Positions 1 through 9,777 of a stretch of 64,000 nucleotides of DNA are shown piece after piece. The stretch covers positions 96,001 to 160,000 of the forward strand of contig CBDUPA010000013.1 in assembly GCA_965368975.1 (NCBI GenBank). The letters run 5' to 3'. The position numbers and the translations under genes were made by a program. The notes under the pieces are model-generated. The model searched no databases. It was not told the DNA's origin and worked only from the letters and a program-made list of their open reading frames with translations. The DNA comes from an uncultured bacterium (lineage in GTDB: Bacteria > Acidobacteriota > Thermoanaerobaculia > Multivoradales > JAHZIX01). How positions within the stretch are numbered: position 1 is the first letter of the stretch; the number at the start of each line of letters is the position of its first letter.

Positions 1-2
1 TA

Positions 3-1226
3 GCCCTCGAGCGACTCTCCTCGCCCGAGCAGCTCGACCAGCTGCTGCAGGTGACCCATCCGCGCGGTTGGCTGGCCCTTGGTGCGCTCGGAGCCCTGCT
101 GCTCGCCGCGCTAGTCTGGGGCTTCTTCGGTTCCATCCCTACCGTCGCCGCGGGCGAGGGAATTCTGCTGCGCCAGGGAGGCGTATCGAACGTCGTTGCC
201 ACCGGCCAAGGGCAAGTGGAAGAGATCCTGGTGAGCGTCGGGCAAAGCGTGGCCAAAGACCAGGTGGTGGCGCGCGTGCGGCAGGAGGCGCTCTTGCGTC
301 AGATCCAGGACACCGAAGACCGGGCCGAGGACCAGCGCCAGGAGAACGAGCGCCTACGCCAGCTGGCCGACGAGCGCCAGCGCCTGACGACGCGCAACCT
401 ACAGCAGCAACGCGTCAACCTGGAACGCAGCATCGAGACCCTGAATACCGAAATCTCGTTGATCCGAGAGCGCCTGGATGCCGAGCAAGAACTCCTGCGT
501 GACGGCCTGGTCACCAAACAGACCGTGCTGGCCAGCGAGCAAGCGCTGAATGCGGCACGCGACCGCCGAGACCGCCTGCAACAAGAACTGGCAGGCCTCG
601 ACCTGACGCGCCTAGAGACCCGTCAGAGCCTCGACCAACAGCAAGAAACGGCCGAGAACCTCCTGCGCGACCTACAACTCGAGATCCGCGAGTTGCAGGC
701 ACGGCTCGAAGAAGAGTCCGCGATCCGCTCACCGTTCGAAGGACGTGTCCTAGAGCTGGCAGTGGATCGCGGCGACGTCGTAGCCCCCGGCACCTCGCTG
801 CTGAGTCTCGAGCTCACCTCCGAAGAGCTAGTGGCGGTGCTCTTCATCCCCGCCGACACGGGTAAGAAGGTGCAACCCGGCATGAAGGTGCAGATTGCAC
901 CGACCATGGTCAAGCGCGAAGAATATGGCTTCATCTACGGTGAAGTGACCTGGGTCGCTGAGTTTCCTTCCACCGCCCGCGGCATGCTGCGCCTGCTGGC
1001 CAACCAGGAGCTGGTGACCCGCCTGCTGGCGCAAGGGCCTCCGATCCAGGTCGACGTGCGCTTGCAGACGGCGGCCAACTCCCCCACCGGCTACGCGTGG
1101 TCCTCGGGAGACGGCCCCAACCTGGAGATCACCAGTGGCACGCTGGCCACCGGCAGCGTCATCGCCGAGCAGAAACGCCCGATCAGCCTGGTGATCCCCG
1201 AGGTCAAGTCGAGGCTGGGTCTGTGA
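3..1226 (+). CDS. NHLP/NHLM bacteriocin system secretion protein (HlyD-family adaptor), 5'-partial
   Basis: Frame is open from base 3 (ALERLSSPEQLDQLLQVTH..., the characteristic N-terminal motif of this family). TM segment, long coiled coil, lipoyl-like halves and C-terminal 'RPISLVIP'; lies next to two ABC genes. Confidence 0.9.
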   Translation, partial: ALERLSSPEQLDQLLQVTHPRGWLALGALGALLLAALVWGFFGSIPTVAAGEGILLRQGGVSNVVATGQGQVEEILVSVGQSVAKDQVVARVRQEALLRQIQDTEDRAEDQRQENERLRQLADERQRLTTRNLQQQRVNLERSIETLNTEISLIRERLDAEQELLRDGLVTKQTVLASEQALNAARDRRDRLQQELAGLDLTRLETRQSLDQQQETAENLLRDLQLEIRELQARLEEESAIRSPFEGRVLELAVDRGDVVAPGTSLLSLELTSEELVAVLFIPADTGKKVQPGMKVQIAPTMVKREEYGFIYGEVTWVAEFPSTARGMLRLLANQELVTRLLAQGPPIQVDVRLQTAANSPTGYAWSSGDGPNLEITSGTLATGSVIAEQKRPISLVIPEVKSRLGL

Positions 1227-1269
1227 TGTGGCGTTGGCAGCTCCTTGACGACGCGGAGCGTGCGCACCG

Positions 1270-3537
1270 GTGATCGCCCGAGCGAAAGCCCTGCTGGCCA
1301 AGCTGCGCGCCTGGTGGACCCAGGACCGGCGGCGTGCCAAGACGCCCACCGTGCTGCAAATGGAAGCCGTCGAATGCGGTGCCGCGTCGCTTGGCATCAT
1401 CCTGGCTTACTTCGGTCGCTGGGTACCCCTGGAAGAACTGCGCAGCGCCTGCGGCGTGTCGCGCGACGGCAGCAAGGCCTCCAACATGCTCAAAGCGGCA
1501 CGCCGCTACGGCCTCGAAGCCAAGGGCTTCAAGACAGAGCCCGCGGGGCTGCGCAAGTTCGAGCCACCGCTGATCCTGCACTGGAACTTCAACCACTTCT
1601 TGGTCCTCGAAGGTTTCGATCGCGAGCGCGTCTACCTCAACGACCCCGGCAGTGGTCCGCGCACTGTCACGCACCAGGAGCTGGATGAGAGCTTCACCGG
1701 CGTCGTGCTGCAATGCAAGCGCGGCGAAGCCTTCCAGGCCGAGGGCACGCCGCCGAGCCTGATCCCGGCCTTGGCGCGCCGCTTGCGTGGCAGTACCGCG
1801 GCGCTCGTCTTCGTGCTGCTGGCCGGGCTCGCGCTGGTGATCCCAACCTTGGTGACCCCGGCCTTCTCCCGCGTCTTCATCGATGCCGTGCTGCTCGATG
1901 CGCGCATCGGCTGGGTCAAGCCGCTGCTGCTGGCCATGACGCTGACCGCATTGATGCTGGCTGCGCTCACCTGGCTGCAGCAGAACTACCTGCTGCGCCT
2001 GGAAACCCGCATGGCGGTGACCGGTTCGGGACGTTTTCTGTGGCATGTGCTGCGCCTGCCGATCGAGTTCTTCACCCAGCGCTTTGCTGGCGACATCAGC
2101 TCGCGCGTGATCATCAACGACCGGGTGGCTCAGCTGCTGTCTCGCGACCTGGCGCGCAACTTCCTCGGCTGCCTGATGATCTTTTTCTTCCTGCTGGTGC
2201 TGCTGCGTTACGACGTCCTGCTGACGCTGGTGGGCCTTGCGGTGGTGTCCCTCAACGTCGTGGCGCTGCGTTTCGTCTCGCGCAAGCGTGTCGATGGCAA
2301 CCGGCGCCTGCTGATGGACAAGGGCAAGATGCACGGTACCGCCATCGGTGGCTTGCAGATGATCGAGACGCTGAAAGCGACCGGTGGTGAAGACGACCTG
2401 TACCACCGCTGGTCCGGCTACCAGGCCAAGGTGGTCAACACGCGCCAGGAGCTGGAGCAGTACACGCAGTACCTGGATGCCGTGCCTCCCCTGCTCGGTG
2501 CGCTCAATACAGCGGCGATCCTCGGCCTGGGCAGCCTACGCGTGATGAGCGGCGCCCTGACGCTGGGCGAACTGATCGCCTTCCAGGTGTTGATGGCCAG
2601 CTTCGTGGCACCGGTCAACCAATTGGTCAATCTGGGCGCGCAGCTGCAGATGGTCGAAGGCGACATGAACCGCCTCGATGACGTCCTGCGCTACCGCATC
2701 GACGAGGGCGTCGCCGAAGCTCACGCCGCTCCCCCAGCCGCCGCGGAGGCGGCGGCCAGCACCCCATTTGCTGAAGAGCCAGCCGCCGAGGAGGCGGCCG
2801 GCGATACCGCCGTCAAGCTGCAAGGCCGCCTCGAGCTACGTGGCGTGACCTTTGGCTACAGCCGGCTCTCACCACCTCTGATCCAAGACTTCGACCTCGT
2901 GCTCGAACCCGGCTCGCGCGTCGCCCTGGTCGGGACCTCTGGCAGTGGGAAATCCACCATCGCCAAGCTGGTGACCGGGCTCTACAGTCCGTGGAGCGGC
3001 GAGATTCTCTTCGATGGCCAGACACGCTCCGAAGTCGACCCAAGGGTCTTGACCAACTCCATGGCGACTGTCGACCAGAGCATCTCCATGTTCGAGGGCA
3101 GCGTGCGCGAGAACCTCACCCTGTGGGACGACTCGCTGCCACAACCCGAGGTCGTGGCGGCCGCTAAAGATGCAGCGATCCACGACGATATCGCCGCCCG
3201 CCCCGGGGGCTACGAGAGCAAGATCGACGAAGGAGGTCAGAACTTCAGCGGCGGCCAGAAACAGCGCCTCGAGATCGCCCGTGCTCTGGTCGGCCGCCCA
3301 TCGCTACTGGTGCTCGACGAAGCCACCAGCGCCCTCGATCCGACGACCGAAGAAGAAATCGACCGCAACCTGCGCCGCCGCGGCTGTACCTGCCTGATCA
3401 TCGCCCACCGCCTGAGTACCATTCGCGACGCCGATGAGATTCTCGTCTTGTCGGACGGCAAGGTGGTCCAGCGTGGCAGCCACGACGAGCTGATCGAGCA
3501 GGACGGCCCCTACGTGCACCTGATCGAGGAGGCGTGA
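1270..3537 (+). CDS. NHLP-family export ABC transporter, C39 peptidase/permease/ATPase
   Basis: C39 motifs QMEAVECGAASL and HWNFNHF; TM domain; Walker A GTSGSGKST, signature FSGGQKQR, Walker B LVLDEATSALD. Confidence 0.93.
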   Translation: MIARAKALLAKLRAWWTQDRRRAKTPTVLQMEAVECGAASLGIILAYFGRWVPLEELRSACGVSRDGSKASNMLKAARRYGLEAKGFKTEPAGLRKFEPPLILHWNFNHFLVLEGFDRERVYLNDPGSGPRTVTHQELDESFTGVVLQCKRGEAFQAEGTPPSLIPALARRLRGSTAALVFVLLAGLALVIPTLVTPAFSRVFIDAVLLDARIGWVKPLLLAMTLTALMLAALTWLQQNYLLRLETRMAVTGSGRFLWHVLRLPIEFFTQRFAGDISSRVIINDRVAQLLSRDLARNFLGCLMIFFFLLVLLRYDVLLTLVGLAVVSLNVVALRFVSRKRVDGNRRLLMDKGKMHGTAIGGLQMIETLKATGGEDDLYHRWSGYQAKVVNTRQELEQYTQYLDAVPPLLGALNTAAILGLGSLRVMSGALTLGELIAFQVLMASFVAPVNQLVNLGAQLQMVEGDMNRLDDVLRYRIDEGVAEAHAAPPAAAEAAASTPFAEEPAAEEAAGDTAVKLQGRLELRGVTFGYSRLSPPLIQDFDLVLEPGSRVALVGTSGSGKSTIAKLVTGLYSPWSGEILFDGQTRSEVDPRVLTNSMATVDQSISMFEGSVRENLTLWDDSLPQPEVVAAAKDAAIHDDIAARPGGYESKIDEGGQNFSGGQKQRLEIARALVGRPSLLVLDEATSALDPTTEEEIDRNLRRRGCTCLIIAHRLSTIRDADEILVLSDGKVVQRGSHDELIEQDGPYVHLIEEA

Positions 3538-6500
3538 AGATGAGTTCACGCCCGGATCCACGGCTGATCGCCCGCCTCGAGCCGCTCGCCGAAGTCGTCA
3601 CGCCGACCGCCAATCGTCCCTTTGAATTGCATCCCGAGGAGCAAGCCTGGTTGATCGTCGCCGGCAGCGTCGATGTTTTCTACCGACGCACGATCCCAGG
3701 CGAAGGGGCGAACACCACCGGGCGACGCAGTCACCTGGGCACTGCCGGCGTCGGCGACGTGCTCTTCGGCTTCGCGCCCGCCTCTGGTTCGAGCTCCGGC
3801 TTGCACTTCTTGGCCACCGGTAACGAAGGCGCCCGCTTGCTGCGCGTTCCGCTGGCGTCGCTGGTTGCCCTGGCCCGCGACCCCGAATTGCTGCCGTGGC
3901 TCGCGGCGGCGGTCGAGAGCTGGGTCTGCTGGCTGCTGCAGCGCTGCGAAAAACCGGCACCACCGCAGAAGTTCGATCTCCTCGCGGCGAGTGCCGAACT
4001 GTCCCCGCAACCTGGTGCCGCCGTGCGTCCAGAGGGCGATGTCGTCTGGTTCCGCCTGCTGGCCGGTAGCTGTTCCCTGCTGGGCGAGGACGAATTGAGC
4101 TTGCGACCCACCAGCTACTTGCTCCCCCTGGCAGCTGACTGCTGGCTCCGCTGTGCCGATTCGGCAATCGAGGTCGCCCCCCGAGCCGGTGTCCCCACCG
4201 AGAGCCATGCCGTGGACAGAGCAGCGACAGAAGAAGCGCCACACGAGGGCCAGGACGAGACGCCGGCGATCGGCGCCGTACTGTCCGGCGTTGGCACTCA
4301 GATCCTGCTGCGCAGCGGCGCCTTGTGGGAAGCCCTGCTGCAGTACCACCACCTGTGCCTACGCTACCTGGCACTGGAACTCGCACGCGCCGAGCAACGA
4401 GAACGCCAACGACTGGATGTGCAGCGGCGACGCGACCAGCAGACCTTTGAGCAGGCGCACCAGCGTCTGGCCTCGGTACTCGGAAGCTCGGCTCCCAGCC
4501 CTGACGCCATCCCTGGCGGCGATGCCGCGCCCAGGCACATGGCTGAGGACCACGATCCTCGCTCCGACGACCTGTTGGCCGCGGCTTGCCGGCTGGTCTT
4601 CGACGAGCAGGGCCTGGAGTTCCAGGCACCAGCACCACACGCCAGTCGCTCGCGCGACCCGGTGGCGCGCTTCGCCGCCGCCGCGCACTTGCGTCATCGT
4701 CGCGTCCTGCTGCGCGACGACTGGTGGCAGCGTGACAACGGCCCACTGCTCGCATTTCGCCTGCCTGCAGGCTCGGGCCCAGGGAGTTCCCCGCAGATGG
4801 GCACTCCCGTCGCTCTGCTGCCGCTATCCCCCACACGCTATGAGATGGTCGACCCGCGCACCGGCAGCCGGCAGATCGTCGACGCTGAGGTGGCAGAAAC
4901 CCTGCAGGGTACAGCGGTGATGTTCTACCCGCCGCTGCCCGACCGGGCAGTGACGCCACTCGATCTGCTCCGCCTGGCGCTGCGTGGACGCCAACAGGAT
5001 CTAAGGATGCTCATCTTGATGGGCATCGGTGGCGGCGTCCTCGCCATGCTGACACCCGTGCTCACCGGCCAGATCGTCGGTCGTGTCATCCCTGAGGCCA
5101 ACCGCTCCCTGCTGCTGCAGATGGGGCTGGCCCTGACCTTCGCCGCGCTGGCCGCCGCCGCCTTCCAGATCACCCGTGGTATCGCCGTGCTGCGCCTGGG
5201 CGGCAAGATCGACGGCACCGTCCAGGCCGCGGTCTGGGATCGCTTGCTCGCCTTGCCTCTGACCTTCTTCCGCCGGTTCTCCGTCGGCGACCTGGCGGCG
5301 CGCTCACTCGGTATCGACACCATGCGCGAAATGCTCACCGGCAACGTGACGACCTCTCTGCTCGCCGCGGTCTTCTCCGGCTTCAGCTTCGCGCTACTCT
5401 TCTACTACAACTGGCGCCTGGCTCTGTTCGCCAGTGGCCTGGTCTTGACGCTGATGCTGGTCACCATCACCCTCACCTGGCTGCAGTTGCGTCACCAGCG
5501 GGCCCTGCTGCGCCTGCAAGGACGCCTGGAAAGCCTCCTGTTCGCGCTCATCTCCGGCATTTCCAAGCTACGCGTCGCGGGCGCCGAACCCCGTGCCTTC
5601 GCCCTCTGGGCCGAGTACTTCACCCAGCAGCGCCAACGGGCGATCCAGGCCCGCTCGATCGCCAACATCCAGGCCGCTTTCAACGCTGCCTACGGCGTCC
5701 TGACGTCGCTCGGTATCTTCGCCATGGTTGCCCTGTCGACCTACGTCGAGCTGTCGATCTCGGACTTCATCGCCTTCAACGCCGCCTACGGTCAATTCCA
5801 GGCCGCCGCTCTGTCGGTCACCGGCCTGCTGTCGTCCCTGATCGCGCTGGTGCCGATCTATGAGCGCGCCAGACCGATCCTCGACACCGTGCCCGAAGTC
5901 GATGCCACCAAGGCGGACGCGGGCGAGCTGCGCGGAGAGCTAGAGTTCAGCCACGTCTCTTTTCGCTACCGTCCGGACGGACCGCTGATCCTGGACGACG
6001 TCTCGTTGCGTGCCAGCCCCGGCGAGTTCATCGCCCTGGTCGGCCCCTCGGGCTCGGGCAAGTCGACCTGCCTGCGCTTGGTGCTCGGCTTCGAAGAACC
6101 CGCCGCCGGCTCGATCTACTTCGACGGCCAAGATCTACCGTCTCTCGACATCCAGAGCGTCCGGCGCCAGATCGGCGTCGTGCTGCAATCCAGCCAACCG
6201 ATGCCGGGCAGCATCTTCAGCAACATCGTCGGCGGCTCCAACCTGACCTTCGACGATGCCTGGGCGGCCGCCGAGATGGCCGGGCTGGCCAAGGACATCA
6301 AGCAGATGCCGATGGGCATGCACACGATCGTCAGCGAGGGCGGATCGACCTTCTCTGGTGGTCAGAAACAGCGCCTGCTGATTGCCCGTGCCCTCGTCCA
6401 CCGGCCGCGCATCCTGCTGTTCGACGAGGCAACCTCGGCACTCGACAACCGAACACAAGAGGTGGTCAGCCGCAGCCTCGAACGGCTCAAAGCGACGCGC

Positions 6501-6650
6501 GTGGTCGTCGCGCACCGCCTCAGCACCATCCGCAACGCGGACCGCATCTACGTGCTCGAACGCGGCCACATCACCGAGCACGGTAACTACGACGAGCTGA
6601 TGCAGATGGATGGCGCCTTCGCGCGCCTGGCGCGCCGGCAGCTGACCTGA
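3534..6650 (+). CDS. NHLP-family export ABC transporter permease/ATPase (second subunit, no catalytic peptidase Cys)
   Basis: GTGA overlap with upstream gene; 'RRVLLRDDWWQRDNGPLLAF' motif typical of this subunit; GPSGSGKST, FSGGQKQR, LLFDEATSALD. Confidence 0.9.
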   Translation: MKMSSRPDPRLIARLEPLAEVVTPTANRPFELHPEEQAWLIVAGSVDVFYRRTIPGEGANTTGRRSHLGTAGVGDVLFGFAPASGSSSGLHFLATGNEGARLLRVPLASLVALARDPELLPWLAAAVESWVCWLLQRCEKPAPPQKFDLLAASAELSPQPGAAVRPEGDVVWFRLLAGSCSLLGEDELSLRPTSYLLPLAADCWLRCADSAIEVAPRAGVPTESHAVDRAATEEAPHEGQDETPAIGAVLSGVGTQILLRSGALWEALLQYHHLCLRYLALELARAEQRERQRLDVQRRRDQQTFEQAHQRLASVLGSSAPSPDAIPGGDAAPRHMAEDHDPRSDDLLAAACRLVFDEQGLEFQAPAPHASRSRDPVARFAAAAHLRHRRVLLRDDWWQRDNGPLLAFRLPAGSGPGSSPQMGTPVALLPLSPTRYEMVDPRTGSRQIVDAEVAETLQGTAVMFYPPLPDRAVTPLDLLRLALRGRQQDLRMLILMGIGGGVLAMLTPVLTGQIVGRVIPEANRSLLLQMGLALTFAALAAAAFQITRGIAVLRLGGKIDGTVQAAVWDRLLALPLTFFRRFSVGDLAARSLGIDTMREMLTGNVTTSLLAAVFSGFSFALLFYYNWRLALFASGLVLTLMLVTITLTWLQLRHQRALLRLQGRLESLLFALISGISKLRVAGAEPRAFALWAEYFTQQRQRAIQARSIANIQAAFNAAYGVLTSLGIFAMVALSTYVELSISDFIAFNAAYGQFQAAALSVTGLLSSLIALVPIYERARPILDTVPEVDATKADAGELRGELEFSHVSFRYRPDGPLILDDVSLRASPGEFIALVGPSGSGKSTCLRLVLGFEEPAAGSIYFDGQDLPSLDIQSVRRQIGVVLQSSQPMPGSIFSNIVGGSNLTFDDAWAAAEMAGLAKDIKQMPMGMHTIVSEGGSTFSGGQKQRLLIARALVHRPRILLFDEATSALDNRTQEVVSRSLERLKATRVVVAHRLSTIRNADRIYVLERGHITEHGNYDELMQMDGAFARLARRQLT

Positions 6651-6672
6651 ACCTTCCACGGGGACCCCAACC

Positions 6673-9600
6673 ATGCAATGCACCCAGTGCCAGTTCGACA
6701 ACCCGCCGGGCATGAAGTTCTGCGGCCAGTGCGGTCAGCCGCTGCCCCGAGCCTGTCCGCAGTGCGGAACCCCCGTGGTCGCCGGTTTCAAATTCTGCGG
6801 CGAGTGCGGCACGCCCCTGTCGACGGACACGCCGGCCGTCGCTCCAGGAGCCGCCACGCCAGCCGCCACGCCGGCCGTCGCTGCAGCCACAGTCGCACCA
6901 GCCCGCGCCCCGAATCACAGCGAACGTGCCCCGATGCACAGCGAAGGTGTCCCGACGCACAGTGAACGCAAACCGGCGACCGTCCTGGCCTGCGAGCTGG
7001 TCGCGGACGGTGGCGGCCACGTCGACGCGGAGGACCTGCACAGCCGCCTGAACCGTTTCCTCGACCTGGCACGCGAAGAGATCCGTCGCTATGAGGGCAC
7101 CCTCGGGCACTTCGGGGCACGAGGCTTCCTGGCACTCTTCGGGGCACCGATCGCCCACGAGGACCACGCGCAGCGCGCAGCCCTGACCGCATTGGCACTG
7201 CAACGCCTGATCCTCGACCACCGCGACGAGTTCCGCACCGCTGCTGGCGTCCAGTTGAGTATCCGTATCGGACTCGACACGGGCGAAGTCGTGGTTGGCG
7301 GTAGCGGTGATCTGGCGGTCGGCGACGCCATCGACCATGCCGAAGAACTCCGGCGGTGCGCCGATGGTGGGCAGATCCGCCTCAGCTCCGCTACGGCCCT
7401 GCTGGTCGCGGACGAAGTCGAGGTCATTCCTCTCGACGGCGACAACGGTGACGTCTTCGAGTTGCACCACGGCGATCCCGAGGCCACCGAGACCGACGAG
7501 TTCCGAGGCACCCTGAGCCCCTTCGTCGGTCGCCGGCGCGAACTCGACGTGCTCGAAGAACTGCGTGAACTCGCCGCCGCCAGCCAAGGCCAGATCGTCG
7601 GCGTCAGCGGCGAAGCCGGGGCCGGCAAGTCGCGGCTGATGCACGAGTTCCGCAAGCGCTTGCAGGGGCAGCGCATTAGCTACCTGCTCGGTCAGTGCCG
7701 CTCGTACGGCCCAGGCATCCCGTACCTCCCCCTCCAGGACATGGTACGCCGCGGCTCACACATCGCGCGCGGCGACGATTCCGCGACCCTGACCCAAAAG
7801 CTACGCGGCAGCCTGGAGAACCTGGGTGTCGATCTCGAGCAGGATCTCCCCCCCTTGCTGCAGCTGCTCGGAGTCGAGGCGGGAACCGAGAGCCTGCAAG
7901 GCCTCGAGCCGCAGGCCTTGCGGCAGCGTCAGTTCGCCGCCATGCGCCGCATGCTGCTCCAGGCCAGCCGCGGTTCCCTGGTCGTCATCGTGCTCGAAGA
8001 CCTGCACTGGATCGACAGCACGTCCGAAGAGTTCCTCGCCTCCATCGTCGAGGGTATGGCGGCCAGCCGCATCCTGCTCCTACTCACCTATCGCTCCGGC
8101 TACCAGCCACCGTGGATGGACCGCTCCTATGCCACGCAGATCCCCATGCGCCGACTGTCAGTACAGCACAGTCGCGAGATCCTCGCCGCCATGCTGCGGC
8201 GCAGTGGCCTACCGGATGCTGACGTCGCGGCCCTGGATAACAGCTCCGTCCTCGACAAGGCCGAGGGCAACCCCTTCTTTCTCGAAGAGCTGGCGCGCGC
8301 CCTGGCCGAACGTGCCAGCCAAGCGCCGGGCCAGACCGGTCCGCCCGTGCCAGACACCATCCAGGGCGTCCTGATGGCGCGCATCGACCGCCTGCCCGAA
8401 CGCCACAAGCATCTATTGCAGACAGCCTCTGTCCTCGGTCGCGAGTTCAGCGGCGAGTTGCTGCAAGGCGTCTGGGGCGGCGAGAGCGGTGATGCCAGCA
8501 GCAAGGCCGAAGAGACGCTGCAAGAGTTGCAGCGCTGGGAATTCCTGCACCGCCTACCAACGACGCCCGCCAGCTTCGCCTTCCGGCATGCGCTGACCCA
8601 GGAAGTGGCCTACCAGAGCCTGCTCAACGAACGCCGCCAGGCGCTGCACGCCCGTGCCGCGAGCGTCCTCGAAGGACTCCATGCCGACCACCCCGAAGCC
8701 GCCTACGACCGCCTCGCCTACCACTACCCACGCGCTGGCAATGCGCAGAAGACCGTGCACTACCTATCGCTCTTCGCTCGCCACGCCGCCAGCACTTATG
8801 CCCACGCCGAGGCAGTCACCGCGCTCACCGAGGCTCTCGGCTACGCCGAACGTCTGCCGGCCGAGGAACGCGATCGTCGATCCCTCGAACTGCTGCTCGA
8901 CCTGGTCAGCTCGCTGTTCCCGCTCGCTCGCTTCCCGCAGAGTCTCGAGGTGCTCGAGCAGCACCGTCAACGTCTCGACCAGGTCGACGATGCGGGCCTC
9001 CACGGACGCTTCCACTTCTGGCTCGCCCACACGCACACCTACCTCGGTGATTCCGAGGCCGCCACCGAGCATGCACAGCTGGCCATCAAGGCCGCGCGCC
9101 GAGCTGGCGACGAGGCGACCGAGGGCAAGGCCCACTACGTCCTCGGCCGCGACGGTTTCTGGGCCGGTCACCTCGAAGAAGGCTTGGAGCACAGCCTCCG
9201 TGCCATCGTCTTGCTGGAGCGCAACGACGAGCCCTGGTGGCAAGGCCAAGCGCATTGGGTCGCCGGCTACCACCACTTCCTGCTCGGGCACGCTGACGAG
9301 GCCCTGGCCGAGATGGCGCGCGCAGGTCGCATCGGCGAAGCCCTCGACGACTCCCGCCTCGACACCTCGTGGTCCACCGGTTTCTTCCACGCCGCCCTCG
9401 GCGATGCCGACCGCGGCATCGAGTTGTGCCAGCAAGGCGTCGAACGCTCCCAGGATCCGCTCAACACCGCAGCGTCCCTCGGCTTCCTCGGCTACGCCTA
9501 CCTGCAGCAGGGCGACCTCGGGCGTGCCGTCGATACCCTGCGAGATTCCATCCATCGCCTGGAAGCTGCAGGCATGCTGCAGTTGTGGGGCTGGTTCCAG

Positions 9601-9777
9601 GTTTACCTGGCACAGGCTTACGAGGCGCGAGAGCAGGTCGATCTGGCGCGCGAGACCGCCGAGCAGGCCTTGGACCTGAACCGGAAAGCCAAGTTCGCCT
9701 ACGGCATCGAGATCGCCGAATCGACGCTGGCGTCGCTGTCTTCCTCGGCATCTCCCCCGGTGAACACGCCCGCCTGA
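6673..9777 (+). CDS. Double zinc-ribbon / degenerate class III nucleotide cyclase / AAA (STAND-like) ATPase / TPR protein
   Basis: Four N-terminal CxxC pairs; cyclase-like 'FLALFGAPIAHEDHAQRA...IRIGLDTGEVVVG'; 'PFVGRRREL', Walker A GEAGAGKSR, 'LEDLHWID', 'GNPFFLEEL'; helical repeat C-terminus. Confidence 0.88.
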   Translation: MQCTQCQFDNPPGMKFCGQCGQPLPRACPQCGTPVVAGFKFCGECGTPLSTDTPAVAPGAATPAATPAVAAATVAPARAPNHSERAPMHSEGVPTHSERKPATVLACELVADGGGHVDAEDLHSRLNRFLDLAREEIRRYEGTLGHFGARGFLALFGAPIAHEDHAQRAALTALALQRLILDHRDEFRTAAGVQLSIRIGLDTGEVVVGGSGDLAVGDAIDHAEELRRCADGGQIRLSSATALLVADEVEVIPLDGDNGDVFELHHGDPEATETDEFRGTLSPFVGRRRELDVLEELRELAAASQGQIVGVSGEAGAGKSRLMHEFRKRLQGQRISYLLGQCRSYGPGIPYLPLQDMVRRGSHIARGDDSATLTQKLRGSLENLGVDLEQDLPPLLQLLGVEAGTESLQGLEPQALRQRQFAAMRRMLLQASRGSLVVIVLEDLHWIDSTSEEFLASIVEGMAASRILLLLTYRSGYQPPWMDRSYATQIPMRRLSVQHSREILAAMLRRSGLPDADVAALDNSSVLDKAEGNPFFLEELARALAERASQAPGQTGPPVPDTIQGVLMARIDRLPERHKHLLQTASVLGREFSGELLQGVWGGESGDASSKAEETLQELQRWEFLHRLPTTPASFAFRHALTQEVAYQSLLNERRQALHARAASVLEGLHADHPEAAYDRLAYHYPRAGNAQKTVHYLSLFARHAASTYAHAEAVTALTEALGYAERLPAEERDRRSLELLLDLVSSLFPLARFPQSLEVLEQHRQRLDQVDDAGLHGRFHFWLAHTHTYLGDSEAATEHAQLAIKAARRAGDEATEGKAHYVLGRDGFWAGHLEEGLEHSLRAIVLLERNDEPWWQGQAHWVAGYHHFLLGHADEALAEMARAGRIGEALDDSRLDTSWSTGFFHAALGDADRGIELCQQGVERSQDPLNTAASLGFLGYAYLQQGDLGRAVDTLRDSIHRLEAAGMLQLWGWFQVYLAQAYEAREQVDLARETAEQALDLNRKAKFAYGIEIAESTLASLSSSASPPVNTPA

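Noticed and set aside
6909-6970. 21-nt imperfect tandem repeat (HSERAPM/HSEGVPT/HSERK)
   Set aside because: An in-frame linker duplication inside the cyclase-like gene with no sign of independent function.
9699-9777. 79-bp convergent overlap between the cyclase-like gene and the 351-aa ORF
   Set aside because: Both overlapping tails are low-complexity extensions beyond the conserved-looking motifs; most likely stop-codon drift.
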